Part shown: positions 50,679 through 61,165 of the stretch, in pieces
Layout of the letters: each line of letters starts with the position of its first letter
Position numbering within the stretch: position 1 is the stretch's first letter
Assembly: GCA_965218095.1 (NCBI GenBank)
Contig: OZ244587.1
Location: 6,080,001-6,144,000 of the forward strand
Source of the DNA: Candidatus Poribacteria bacterium
GTDB lineage: Bacteria > Poribacteria > WGA-4E > PCPOR2b
Length of the DNA: 64,000 nt
Reading direction: 5' to 3'
Translations under genes and position numbers: made by a program
The notes under the pieces: generated by a model
Seen by the model: the letters and a program-made list of their open reading frames with translations, nothing else
Database searches by the model: none
What the model was told of the DNA's origin: nothing

Positions 50679-52234
50679 GAAGCTGCCTCCCCTAACACCT
50701 GCTTTATCTCTGCCATGATCTCGGCGATGCGCCGCTCTTTCTCTATGATGTCCGCCACCAACTGCTCTGGCGGCAGATGTTCCAACGCTTTCTGACTGTG
50801 AGGATTCTTAATGTCAAGGTTCGCAGAAACAAGCGTCCTGTCTCCGTCATATTTCAACACCTCATCAACCGAAACCTTCCACGCCCGTTCGTTTTCCTCA
50901 CGTTCTTCCCACCATTTGAGCATAGGCGCCAATTCTTCGTATTGAAGCGGCTTGGTCTTCGTGTAATTCTTCCGTCTATCCGGCAGCGGGTGTTCATAGT
51001 ACCAGATCTCCTTTGTTGGGCCGGAACGATCGAAAAAAAGCAGGTTCGTCGGGATGTTAGTGTAAGGGGCGAAGACGCCGTTGGGAAGGCGCACAATCGT
51101 GTGGAGATTAAACTGCGTCAACAGTTCCTCCTTGATGCAAGCGCAGACGCCATCGCCGAATAGGACGCCGTTCGGGACGACTACCGCCGCCCGTCCGCCG
51201 TTGACACTGCTGTACCCCGGTCGCTTCAGCTTCCGCATAATCAGTTGGAGAAACAAGAGCGCCGTCTCACTCGTCTGCTTGTCGGCGGGGAAGTTGCCCT
51301 GAATCCCTGTCTCCTCCTCCCCACCGAATGGGGGATTGGTGAGAACAATATCCACGCGGTCGTTGTCCCCGATTTGCATGATATTCGCCGCAAGACTATT
51401 CGTGGCGTGAATCTGCGGCGACTCAACGCCGTGCAGGAGCAGATTCATCTGACAGAGCAGATACGGCAGCGGTTTCGCTTCGCCGCCGAAGATGCTCCGC
51501 TGCTGCAAGATCTCCCGGTCTACGACGGTCTTGCACTGCTTCTCCAAATGCCCGTAGGCTTCCGCGAGAAATCCGCCCGTGCCGCAGGCGGGGTCGAGAA
51601 CTGTTTCGCCGAGATGTGGGCCCATCACCTCGACCATGAGCCGGACGACCGGACGCGGTGTGTAAAACTCGCCGGAATCTCCGGCAGCGTCGCGCATCTC
51701 CTTGAGCATTGACTCGTAGAGATGACCGAGCGTGTGGATCTCCTCGCTGCTTGTGAAGTGGATGTCGTTGACCTTGTTGATTACGTCACGCAGGAGATAG
51801 CCGTTAATCATCCGGTTGACCGTATCGTTAAAGACGGTCGCAATCACGTCGCGGCGATCGCCGCCGTTTTCGCTCTGCAAACCTTTCAGGTAGGCAAAGA
51901 GACCGGGACCGCGCCTACCATCGGGGCGCATTGCCTCATCGTTGTTGATAAATGCGATCAGGTCGTCGCCGGTGACCCCGTTTTCAACCGCCCAATCCCG
52001 CCAGCGGTAGGGCGGCTCTACCGCGGGGCGAAACGGGTTTCCTTCCAAAACGGCTTCCGCTTCACGAATCTGCTCCATGTCGTCGAGGAACTTGAGGAAC
52101 ATAATCCATGTTAGCATGGGCAGGCGGTCGAGGTCGCCAGAGAGTCCCTTGTCCTTCCGCATGATGTCCCGCGCCGATTTGATGAGGCTTGAAAGTTGTT
52201 GGGCGGTTGTCGGTGCGTTCTTGGTTTTGGCCAT
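50675..52234 (-). CDS. hsdM: type I R-M methyltransferase
   Basis: GEFYTPRP, DPACGTGGF, NPPFGG, RLPNGVF; start taken at MAKTK. Confidence 0.95.
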   Translation of the reverse strand: MAKTKNAPTTAQQLSSLIKSARDIMRKDKGLSGDLDRLPMLTWIMFLKFLDDMEQIREAEAVLEGNPFRPAVEPPYRWRDWAVENGVTGDDLIAFINNDEAMRPDGRRGPGLFAYLKGLQSENGGDRRDVIATVFNDTVNRMINGYLLRDVINKVNDIHFTSSEEIHTLGHLYESMLKEMRDAAGDSGEFYTPRPVVRLMVEVMGPHLGETVLDPACGTGGFLAEAYGHLEKQCKTVVDREILQQRSIFGGEAKPLPYLLCQMNLLLHGVESPQIHATNSLAANIMQIGDNDRVDIVLTNPPFGGEEETGIQGNFPADKQTSETALLFLQLIMRKLKRPGYSSVNGGRAAVVVPNGVLFGDGVCACIKEELLTQFNLHTIVRLPNGVFAPYTNIPTNLLFFDRSGPTKEIWYYEHPLPDRRKNYTKTKPLQYEELAPMLKWWEEREENERAWKVSVDEVLKYDGDRTLVSANLDIKNPHSQKALEHLPPEQLVADIIEKERRIAEIMAEIKQVLGEAAS

Positions 52235-52314
52235 ATTGATCAGTGTGAGTTGTTGTGGGCTTTCGTTTGGGGTTGTCATCGTCTGATCGCTGCCTTTTAA
52301 ACCTTGTATCTGGT

Positions 52315-52889
52315 TCATTTCTCATTGGTCATTGAATCTAAGGTTTGTCTGAATTCGTCAAGGTTTGATACCTGCACTGCCGAGCGGTGCAATTGCTTGA
52401 GGCTTTGCAAATCTTCGATGGTGCTTTTTCTTTCGCCTTGTAGAATGGCTCTTTCAGTGAAGTATTGGACAATGGATGATTCGTACATGGTTTCCTCCGA
52501 AATAATATTGATAATGGTTTGAGACTCATAAACTAACCCGCTGAGGATAGCCGGGTCAGTGAGAAAATTCGCCTTGCTGGGATGGTCTAGCGGCGGTCCA
52601 TCTGCGGTTTGAACACATCGCCGCAACCACTGTACGGCGACCATGCCTTCCGGCGGCTTCATCAGAGGCGCAAACGGTATCAATCCTACAAGCTGAGTGT
52701 CAAGAACCTTTTGCCCTTCGAACTCGATGAACCTCATCACTTTGTACTGGATAACGACACGGTATCCGAGTCGGTCTTGGATGTACTACCCCGGATCGGT
52801 CTGCCCAGCATCGGGACGAAGGTAGATAACGTTGGAATAGATGGGGAGTCCGTAGCTTTCAATTCCTCTGCCGAATCAAATTCTGCCAT
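52315..52889 (-). pseudogene. Rpn/transposase-31-like gene remnant inside the hsd locus
   Basis: PIYSNVIYLRPDAGQTDPG*YIQ..KVMRFIE..GLIPFAPLM..MYESSIVQ; internal deletions. Confidence 0.7.
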
Positions 52890-52996
52890 ATTGAGTCCCT
52901 TTGGTAATTTGGAATCACAGGACGGTTAAATTGTGGTGAGCCCCATTGAATATACCATATTCATGTCAAGAATGTCTATACATACGGAGTGGAATG

Positions 52997-55351
52997 CTAT
53001 GCCGCATACAACAAACGTTGGATTTGAACCACTACTTCTCTTAACTTAGCTGCCCCGCCGAAAAGATTCGAGATTTCGATGACATTTCCGTATTCAGAAA
53101 TTGGCGGCACCTTGAGTACATCAGGAATCGCAAATCCATCCGCGCCGTGTTCTGCGTACTTGTCCAGCAGTGCGTTAAGGATCGTTCTTGCTGTTTCGCC
53201 GTACTGATTGAAGAAATCTGTTTCCTTTCTCCGGAGTCGATTTGCACGCTCCCGCCGAGTCAACAACGGCGCGTTAAAGGCAACATAACAGAGCAGGTCG
53301 AAGAAGTCCGCCTCCGGCTGATTGGCGGCAGATGCCAGCACCGTGAAGCTGATACCATACTCGGCAAGCATGGAGACAATCTCCGCGCGCTGTACTGGAT
53401 TGGCCCACTTCTGTCGAAGATCCGTGTCCGAAGGGATGAGTGTACGCACCTTCTCGCCGGCGTAATCAGTGAATTTGACGATACGAAGCTGAACCCCATC
53501 TGCATCAAAATCATAAACCAGATGGAAAGCGATTTCCACATAACCGCCGTCGTAGTAGTATTTTCGAGGTTCAGCGGCGCGTTTTGAGTTTTCGTCTGCC
53601 TCGGCGACTTTGTCTCCATCGATCTGTTCAAGGGGCCGATATGAATCGTCCGGCCTTCCAGTTTCATCGATCCGTTCCTCGGATGCAGATTCTGACTCGC
53701 CATCGAATTCAGGGTCGGCAAACAGTTGTGTTGCGGAACCAGTGTAGTCGATGATGTTGAAGAAGAACTTTCCGTAGTCATCGCGCACACGAGTCCCTCT
53801 GCCGATAATCTGTTTGAATTCCGTCATTGAATTGATCACACGCACAATGACGACATTCTTGCAGGTGGGGACATCAACGCCGGTGGTAAGGAGCTTTGAC
53901 GTGGTCAGAATCGCAGGGATTTTCGTTTCCAGTTCCTGAAATCGGCTTAGATATGTCCGCCCGATGTCACCCTCGTCCGACGTAACGCGACAGACATAAT
54001 CGGGATACTGTTGTGTAAGGTCCGTGTTCAGATTGTTGATAGCACGGCGCATTTCATCGGCGTGTTCCTGATCGACGCAAAAAACAATCGTCTTGGCGAA
54101 ACAGTCTGTCCCCTTGAGGAAGTCAGTCAGATGACGGGCGATGGCCTCTGTGCGTGCTTTTAAGGCGACCATGCGCTCGAAATCAGGGGTGTGGTATTCC
54201 CCTTCAGGAATCTCCCGACCATAGCGGTCGAGTTCAGCTTTTGATGGCCGCCAACCGGTCGCATCCCACGTCGTGATTATGCGATGCACACGATAGGGAG
54301 CGAGGAAGCCATCCTCAATCCCCTGCTTGAGCGAGTAGGTGTAGATGGGGTCGCCGAAATAGGCATAGGTGTCCCGGTTATCCTCGCGCAAGGGCGTCGC
54401 GGTCATGCCAAGCTGATAGGCGGGTTCAAAGTATTCGAGGATCTCCCGCCAGTTGCTATCATCACGCGCACTACCGCGATGACACTCATCAATGATAATC
54501 AGGTCGAAAAAGTCGGGCGCGTAGTCCTTGTAGAGGCCGGGCCGGCGTTCATCTTTGGCGATTGCCTGATAAATGGCGAAGTAGATCTCGCGGCTCTTGT
54601 TAATCACGCCACCCTCAATCTTCCAGCGGGCGTCGCCGAAAACGGCAAACGTCCTGTCCTTGGGGCCATCAATGAGGATGTTGCGGTCAGAGAGATAGAG
54701 AATTTTCGGACGCCGGTATGCCCCGGCCCGATTCCAGCGAGACTGCCAGAGTTTCCAACAGATCTGGAATGCGACGAAGGTTTTGCCCGTGCCTGTCGCC
54801 ATCGTTATCAAGATACGGTGCTTTCCTTGCAGGATTGCACCGACGGTCCGGTTGATAGCGATTTCTTGATAGTAACGCGGCCTGAAGCCTGAAATGAGAT
54901 TGAAAGGCGTCAAAAGTTGCTGCGTCGTAGTTTCATCGGTCAGCCCTTCCGAAGATCGCAGCCGCGACCAGAGTTCATTTGGTTTTGGAAACGTCTCAAT
55001 TTCCCGCTCCAGACCGGTGATAAAATCAGACTCGACGATGCCCAGTCCGTTGGTCGCATACGCGAACTTCAGACCGAGAATCTCCGCATACTCCTTCGCC
55101 TGCTGCATGCCATCGCCCGGTAATTTGTAGTCCGCCTTTGCTTCCACGACAGCGATGGCGAAGTCACGGGTGTAGCGGAGCAGGTAATCGGAACGTTTCC
55201 TTTTTTCGCGTCTCGCTTTTTCGCCATCAACGACAATACGCCCATCCGTAAAAGTATCCTGCTCTGTGAAGATGTGTGGAGACTCATCCCAACCTGCCGC
55301 TCTGAGTTTCGGAACGATATAATCTCGACATGTTCTGGCTTCAGGCGTCAT
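52997..55351 (-). CDS. hsdR: type I R-M restriction subunit (EcoAI-like)
   Basis: SDYLL..VEAK, MATGTGKT, DECHRG, TATP, QIIGRGTR. Confidence 0.95.
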   Translation of the reverse strand: MTPEARTCRDYIVPKLRAAGWDESPHIFTEQDTFTDGRIVVDGEKARREKRKRSDYLLRYTRDFAIAVVEAKADYKLPGDGMQQAKEYAEILGLKFAYATNGLGIVESDFITGLEREIETFPKPNELWSRLRSSEGLTDETTTQQLLTPFNLISGFRPRYYQEIAINRTVGAILQGKHRILITMATGTGKTFVAFQICWKLWQSRWNRAGAYRRPKILYLSDRNILIDGPKDRTFAVFGDARWKIEGGVINKSREIYFAIYQAIAKDERRPGLYKDYAPDFFDLIIIDECHRGSARDDSNWREILEYFEPAYQLGMTATPLREDNRDTYAYFGDPIYTYSLKQGIEDGFLAPYRVHRIITTWDATGWRPSKAELDRYGREIPEGEYHTPDFERMVALKARTEAIARHLTDFLKGTDCFAKTIVFCVDQEHADEMRRAINNLNTDLTQQYPDYVCRVTSDEGDIGRTYLSRFQELETKIPAILTTSKLLTTGVDVPTCKNVVIVRVINSMTEFKQIIGRGTRVRDDYGKFFFNIIDYTGSATQLFADPEFDGESESASEERIDETGRPDDSYRPLEQIDGDKVAEADENSKRAAEPRKYYYDGGYVEIAFHLVYDFDADGVQLRIVKFTDYAGEKVRTLIPSDTDLRQKWANPVQRAEIVSMLAEYGISFTVLASAANQPEADFFDLLCYVAFNAPLLTRRERANRLRRKETDFFNQYGETARTILNALLDKYAEHGADGFAIPDVLKVPPISEYGNVIEISNLFGGAAKLREVVVQIQRLLYAA

Positions 55352-55390
55352 AGGACTACCCTTCATCCGTCAATTGTCCAAAAAATGGGT

Positions 55391-56197
55391 TTACGAGGTG
55401 TGCTCTCTCACCCAATGCCTAAACAACGGTTTCACGTCATTGGGGAATGCGTCGTAAACGTCCGGCGGGATGGGCGGAACGTTGTTCTCCATTTTACCAG
55501 CTTCGTCTACAATGCGGGCGCGCTCATCCGAACCGGACATCAGCACATCCAGATTGAGCCACCACGGCGCGTAGCGCACCACCACTGAAGTCCGCGGTTG
55601 GTCGGTACGATTCGGTGCGGTTGCGTGCCACATACGGCTGTCCATCACCAGCACACTGCCCGCTGGGCCAATCGTCTGCATTTCGGTCGGGTAAGGCTTG
55701 GACGGATCGACGCCGTTGTTTCCGGTCGGGTTGTTGTTCGCCCGATGGCTGCCGGGGACGATGAAGGTACCCCCGTTTTCACGGGTGAACGGCGAGAGCA
55801 TCCACAGTGTCGTGAGATGCATCGTCACATCGAGATAGGGGGTGGGGATGTGACTGGCGTTGTTCTGATTGAAGGGCCAATCCCCGTGCCATCCACCACG
55901 CTGATTTCCCGGATAGTTGATTGTGGCAGTGGTGAAAGAGACCCGCACATGCTCGCCCAACAGCGCTTCGGCAAGACCTAGAATGCGTTGGTCCACTAGG
56001 TAGGGGGCGATCGATTGATCGTAGCGAATAAACCCCGGTACATGCCCGATGCCGCCGGGAGCGTTGGGGGCTCGATGCACAACAGTTGATTCTTCCACGC
56101 TCTCGCGCACGGCGCCGACCTCGTTTTCAGGAATGACCCCTTTGATAACACACCAGCCATCAATTTTCAGGTGCAGTAACGCTCGATTCAGATTCAT
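55391..56197 (-). CDS. phytanoyl-CoA dioxygenase (PhyH) family protein
   Basis: WHGD, NGGT..VPGSH, DSRMWH..N...R. Confidence 0.93.
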   Translation of the reverse strand: MNLNRALLHLKIDGWCVIKGVIPENEVGAVRESVEESTVVHRAPNAPGGIGHVPGFIRYDQSIAPYLVDQRILGLAEALLGEHVRVSFTTATINYPGNQRGGWHGDWPFNQNNASHIPTPYLDVTMHLTTLWMLSPFTRENGGTFIVPGSHRANNNPTGNNGVDPSKPYPTEMQTIGPAGSVLVMDSRMWHATAPNRTDQPRTSVVVRYAPWWLNLDVLMSGSDERARIVDEAGKMENNVPPIPPDVYDAFPNDVKPLFRHWVREHTS

Positions 56198-56209
56198 CGT
56201 GATTTTCTC

Positions 56210-57268
56210 CTACCAATTCGGTCGCCCAACATAGAGCCCACGATTGACCATCGGTAGCGGCACATGCACGCCGCCCAGACGGTGGGACTCGATCATCCCC
56301 ATGAGCATTTCCTGACTGCGGCGAGCAAGTTGAATCGGTCCCTGTGTTTCGCCCCCGGTGTCCAGCGCTTCAGCAACGTTTCTGATGCCCATCTCGGTGC
56401 CGCTTTTGCGGGGAACTTCAGGAAAAGGCATCTCCTCTAAGATTTGGGAAGAGTCCGCCGCCTTCCGTAATTGACAGGTCATACCGTTGTTGATCGTGCG
56501 CATTTTTCCCTTTGTTCCACATACCTCGAATTCGGGCCCTGTGCCTGCTGTGTTGTAGCCGTGGACGCCGTTGGAAAAACGAACGTAGCCGCCAGCGATG
56601 TCGGGGTCGGTGTTCAATCGATTTCCGTCCCAATCTTCGTCATTGCATATAATCGTGCCCTGAACGAAATCAATCTCTAAATCGCCTGCCATGTACAGCA
56701 GCATGTCGGCGGCGTGGGTCAATCCCCACAACGCAGCGCTGACGCCGTATTGGGCAATGACACACTGAACGTCACCAATCTCGCCTGCGTCAATCAACTC
56801 GCGCATCTTCCGATAAAATGGCATGAAACGCCGTTGCGTCCCGTAGTTGAACTTGACGCTGTTCCGCTCGACTGCCTCTACCATCGCATCAGCTTCCCCC
56901 ATTGAACAGCAGAGCGGCTTTTCGGCGTAGATGCCCTTGACCCCATGTTCGGCAGCGAAGATTGTCACCTCTGCGCGCTGTGGCGGGCGGGTGGCGATGC
57001 ACACGATATCCGGCTGTTCCTTTTCAATCATCTCACGGTAATCGGTGTAGACGTGTTGCGCGCCGTAGCGTTGGCGAGCGGCTTTCGCTTTCTCGGCAAT
57101 CACGTCCGACACCGCGACTAGATCCGTTCGATCGCACGCCACGGCTGCTGCTGCATGAGAAAATGGAATCCAGAGAAAACTCTCGGGACTTCCCTCCATT
57201 TCGTCGTCAATTGTGGCGCCCATGCGCCCACAGCCGATTAGACATGCCCGGTATTGTGTTGCCATCAT
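56210..57268 (-). CDS. Gfo/Idh/MocA oxidoreductase
   Basis: IGCGRMG, AEKP. Confidence 0.93.
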   Translation of the reverse strand: MMATQYRACLIGCGRMGATIDDEMEGSPESFLWIPFSHAAAAVACDRTDLVAVSDVIAEKAKAARQRYGAQHVYTDYREMIEKEQPDIVCIATRPPQRAEVTIFAAEHGVKGIYAEKPLCCSMGEADAMVEAVERNSVKFNYGTQRRFMPFYRKMRELIDAGEIGDVQCVIAQYGVSAALWGLTHAADMLLYMAGDLEIDFVQGTIICNDEDWDGNRLNTDPDIAGGYVRFSNGVHGYNTAGTGPEFEVCGTKGKMRTINNGMTCQLRKAADSSQILEEMPFPEVPRKSGTEMGIRNVAEALDTGGETQGPIQLARRSQEMLMGMIESHRLGGVHVPLPMVNRGLYVGRPNW

Positions 57269-57339
57269 TTTTCTCCTCTTGTTGGCTACTTGCTGTTTGG
57301 TCGTTGTCACGAGGAATTTTTTAGATAGTAACGCGTTGC

Positions 57340-58290
57340 CTACGCCCGCAATCCCGCTAAAATCGCCTCCGCCAATTCCATCGTCTTGATAGCCTCATCG
57401 AGATTCGCCGCAGGCAGTGAGATAGGACGATCCCATTTGATGCAATCGAGAAAGTAGCGGTTCTGTTCCTCTGTGCCGCCAGTGCCTGTGCTGCTCAACT
57501 CGTGCTGCCCTCCATCGCAGAAAACCGTTCCCCGCGACACACCTTCGAGATAGGCAGAAATATCACGCCCATGAATCTCGTACCGTTCCAGACGCGCATC
57601 GGTGGTGTAGTTGGCAATGAGGTGCGCGACGCAGCCGTTCTCGAATAGGATGAGGGCGCCGTGCACGTCTTTGTAATTCGAGATTGTGCGGCGTACGACG
57701 CTATGCACCTCCTCAACCTCTGCCCCTGCGATGGCACGAACGATGTCGAGTGCATGGATGGGCGTTTCGAGGAACAGATTATCCATAAGGTGTTCGGGGA
57801 ATCGACCTGATTTTATGAATCCGGTAACGCTTTTGTGAAACTCGCCGACCAATTGTGTCACAGCCCCCCGCGCTTCGACCATCTTTCGCGCCTGGACGAT
57901 GATGGAATGGAAGCGGCGATTCCAGCCGACCATCCCCTTAGCGCCCGTGCGGATGGCGGCATCACGCAAGGCAATTGTCTCTGCGACGCTTATCCCCGGC
58001 GGTTTCTCCAACAGGGTGTTGACCCCACGCTCCAGACACGGCAATGCCACTTGTCCGTTGAGATGTGCCGGCGTTGCGACAAACGTTGCATCAAGCGACT
58101 CGGCGTCTAACATCTCCTCAATACCAGCATAACGTCGTGCCACGCTGAATTCATCGCCTGCGGCATCCCGTGCCGCCTCCACCGGATCGCAAACGGCGGC
58201 CAATTCAACATCCTCAAACGCCTTGAGAACTCGTATATGTCCTCGACCTCGCCCACCACAGCCAATAATAGCGACTCTTAGTTTCGACAT
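57340..58290 (-). CDS. Gfo/Idh/MocA oxidoreductase
   Basis: IGCGGRG, LEKPP, WNRRF. Confidence 0.93.
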   Translation of the reverse strand: MSKLRVAIIGCGGRGRGHIRVLKAFEDVELAAVCDPVEAARDAAGDEFSVARRYAGIEEMLDAESLDATFVATPAHLNGQVALPCLERGVNTLLEKPPGISVAETIALRDAAIRTGAKGMVGWNRRFHSIIVQARKMVEARGAVTQLVGEFHKSVTGFIKSGRFPEHLMDNLFLETPIHALDIVRAIAGAEVEEVHSVVRRTISNYKDVHGALILFENGCVAHLIANYTTDARLERYEIHGRDISAYLEGVSRGTVFCDGGQHELSSTGTGGTEEQNRYFLDCIKWDRPISLPAANLDEAIKTMELAEAILAGLRA

Positions 58291-58621
58291 GAATTTTCCT
58301 TCCGTCTAATCAGCCTACAATATCAATTTATGCCTACTTTTCGTATGATGTTATCAAGGTGGAAGGATAAGAAGGAGGTTCGTTTCTTCCTTCCTAGATT
58401 TCCCTCAATCCCTGCTAAATGCGTAAAACACCCGACGTTGAATACTTCGCCCGAGTCATTCTCATAGAAGCGACCAACGACGTACCAGGCCAGACAACCC
58501 GCTAAAATCAAACACACTGGAACCTCCTTACTTCGGGTAAAGTATAAAATAGATATCAGGAGAATGACTGATTGCTGATTCTACCACAACCTTTTTAATC
58601 AGTCAATAATTTTTACAATCA

Positions 58622-58652
58622 ACAAAAAAAGTCGACCCGGAATGAGTCGGCC
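58622..58652 (-). terminator. Rho-independent terminator
   Basis: GGCCGACTC-loop-GGGTCGAC then T7. Confidence 0.6.
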
Positions 58653-58697
58653 AATTATTGTGAATTGGTAATTAGCAGTGTCGCGTTTCTTCGCCCA

Positions 58698-59587
58698 TTA
58701 TTCATACAGGTCTACCGCTGTCTGCCCCTGCGCGAAATGTTGTGCGGTCTTCGCCGCGGAGTCGCTGCCTGTACGTTTGCGGACATCCGTTGTCCAGCGG
58801 GCAAGACCAACGATTAACTGGTTACGCGCGGGGTGTCCTTCGCACAGATTCCATTCGTCGAACACGGCACGCAAGGTGTGGAGAATATCCCAACCGTTAT
58901 CGTCCTTGAGGATACACTGTCCGATCTCAGATAAAAGACGCTCGCCAGAGAAACCTGCATTGAGGTACTGGCGGGTTTGCCTGCCAATTTCGTTGACTTG
59001 AATTGCTTCAATCATGTCAATGGTCTGCGCCAGTCCTGCGTCTTCGTATCTGCGTCCGACCTTCAGTCCGTTAATCAACCAAGCCACATCATGACCGCCT
59101 TCCGAACCATGTGAACTTGCGATGTGCCAACCCACATGCCGAAGGATAAGTTCCACAATCTCCTCTTCCAGCACACCGCCCTTGAGCAGCAAGGCAATCG
59201 CCTTCGACATCGTCCAGCGGTCTTTGCTCAACAAACCCTCCCAGAGCAGGCGGAGGTGTTCGTCTTTCCGTTTGTATGCAAAATCGCCAATCTTAATCCA
59301 GATTTCACCATTTCGGGTTTCGGCAGGGAACGTCTGCAAGTCGTCGCACTCGACATTGAAGCAGCCGCCTCCTTCCAGATCGAAACTCCGCTCGTGCCAA
59401 TCACAGGTGAGGATGCCGTTCGGACTACTCCTCACGTTAGTGGGTAGCCCATGTGCGGGCACTGATTGTCAGTCGCGTAGATTTTCCCGTTGACGTTGAA
59501 CAGCGTAATACTGCGCCCTTCACCCATCTGAACCGCTTTCGCTTCCCCTTCAGGAACCTCGCTCACATTTGCTTCTTGGGGCGCCAT
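58698..59587 (-). pseudogene. Rieske [2Fe-2S]-domain protein with nonsense codon and frameshift
   Basis: DNQCPHMGYPLT*GVV then shifted GILTCDWHERSFDL. Confidence 0.82.
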
Positions 59588-60028
59588 AACTCACCTTTCC
59601 TTTCTGGTGATACACCGATTAACAAGTGTTACAATTATCCGACAAAAAAATCGCCCAAAATTGTTCGGGCAATTAGATATCCTTGATTCAAGTATAACGT
59701 AATAATTATAACATAACAGACGTTAAGTATCAAGAAAAATTTCAAGGGAGATCGTGTAGAGATCGACACAGCCCTACACACAAACCCAAAAAATTGGACG
59801 TGATACCGCTTTTTCCTTGAATACTGTCTAAAAGCGGAAGTATAATATTGATGAACTTCGCAGTCGGAATGCAGCCTTTCATTGGAGAAACAATCATTTT
59901 AATTTTACGCTCTATCATTTAACTATCCTTATCCAGTTTCATAACGAATACTCTTGATTCAACGGGGAGTCTGTCGAACTGGTTTTCGGCATTCCCCTTT
60001 TTTTTGATACCAGATCCCGCAATTATAT

Positions 60029-61137
60029 GAGGGGTGTGCATAAATATAGTTGACATAATCAAGCCAAAAGGGTTTCCTATTGTTATCATAGCAAAAGGAG
60101 CCCCAATATGGTACAAAGACCAATGTTGGCTGATTATGTCACTCTTATTATGCAACTCTTTGAGCAGTTTATGCAACACCGTATTGACAAACCAGGTGTC
60201 ACACACGCAAAACCATTGACATATTCAACCACCTCGTTTATCATTTTCTTCATGTTGATGCAGTTTCACGGCATCTATGGCTTCAAAACGCAATGGCGGT
60301 GGCTAATCAATCACCCAGAAGTGTTACAAATGCTGGGGTGGCAACAGCCCCCTCATCGAACCACGATTGCACGTCGCTATAAGGCATTATATGAAGTGAT
60401 AGAGGTATTTGTATTGTTTATCGGTCAGTATGCCACTGACTTGTCCCAACAATTCAACTTGGCTCATCTGGTAGCCGACAAAAGTTTATTTAAGGCACGA
60501 GGACCCGTCTGGCATCAAACTGACCGCAAAGCAGGAAAAGCACCTAAACATCTACGCAACCTCGACACCGATGCCACGTGGAGCAAGAGTGGTTATCATG
60601 GCTGGGTCTATGGCTACGGACTTCACATTATCTGCACACAAGGTGCGTTCCCAACACTGATAACTGTGCACCGTGCGTCGGTCTCCGAAAGTTGGGCGAT
60701 AGATGCTAAAGCGTCTGAGATTCTGACACAACTTTCACCGCAGACACTCACTGCCGATGATGCCTATACCCAAGCAGACCGTATCCGTCGTTGGGCGAAG
60801 GCACAAGTCGCTTTGATTACCCCGGCACTTAGATGGACAAAGGGACGGTTTGCCAAGGCGTATCATCGATTTATCAACCAACCCAAGCAGCGTCTCTGTT
60901 TAAGCAAACGTCGCAGTTCGGTTGAACCGTTGTTTGACTTGATTGCTAAAGTGATAGGCACCACTCCTCAACAGAAGCAGTTACCGGTCAAGGGGTTTTT
61001 CAATGTACGCTGTTGTTTAGCTATCGGGGTGTTATCAGTGCAAGTGGCTATGATTGCCAATGCCATATGGAAGTTACCTGCTCGCAATATCTCTCATATG
61101 GCGGCTGTTTTCCAATGAACTACTATGCACACCCCTC
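60029..61137 (+). mobile_element. intact DDE insertion sequence (transposase 60108-61118)
   Basis: IR GAGGGGTGTGCATA/TATGCACACCCCTC; 8-bp TSD AATTATAT; ADKS, GWVYGYGLH, ADDAY, RRSSVEP. Confidence 0.92.
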
Positions 61138-61165
61138 AATTATATAGAAGGAAAAGACGAACATA

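Noticed and set aside
59433-59435. in-frame TGA in the Rieske gene as selenocysteine (position approximate)
   Set aside because: not at a Cys ligand position, fits CGA-to-TGA, and a frameshift follows
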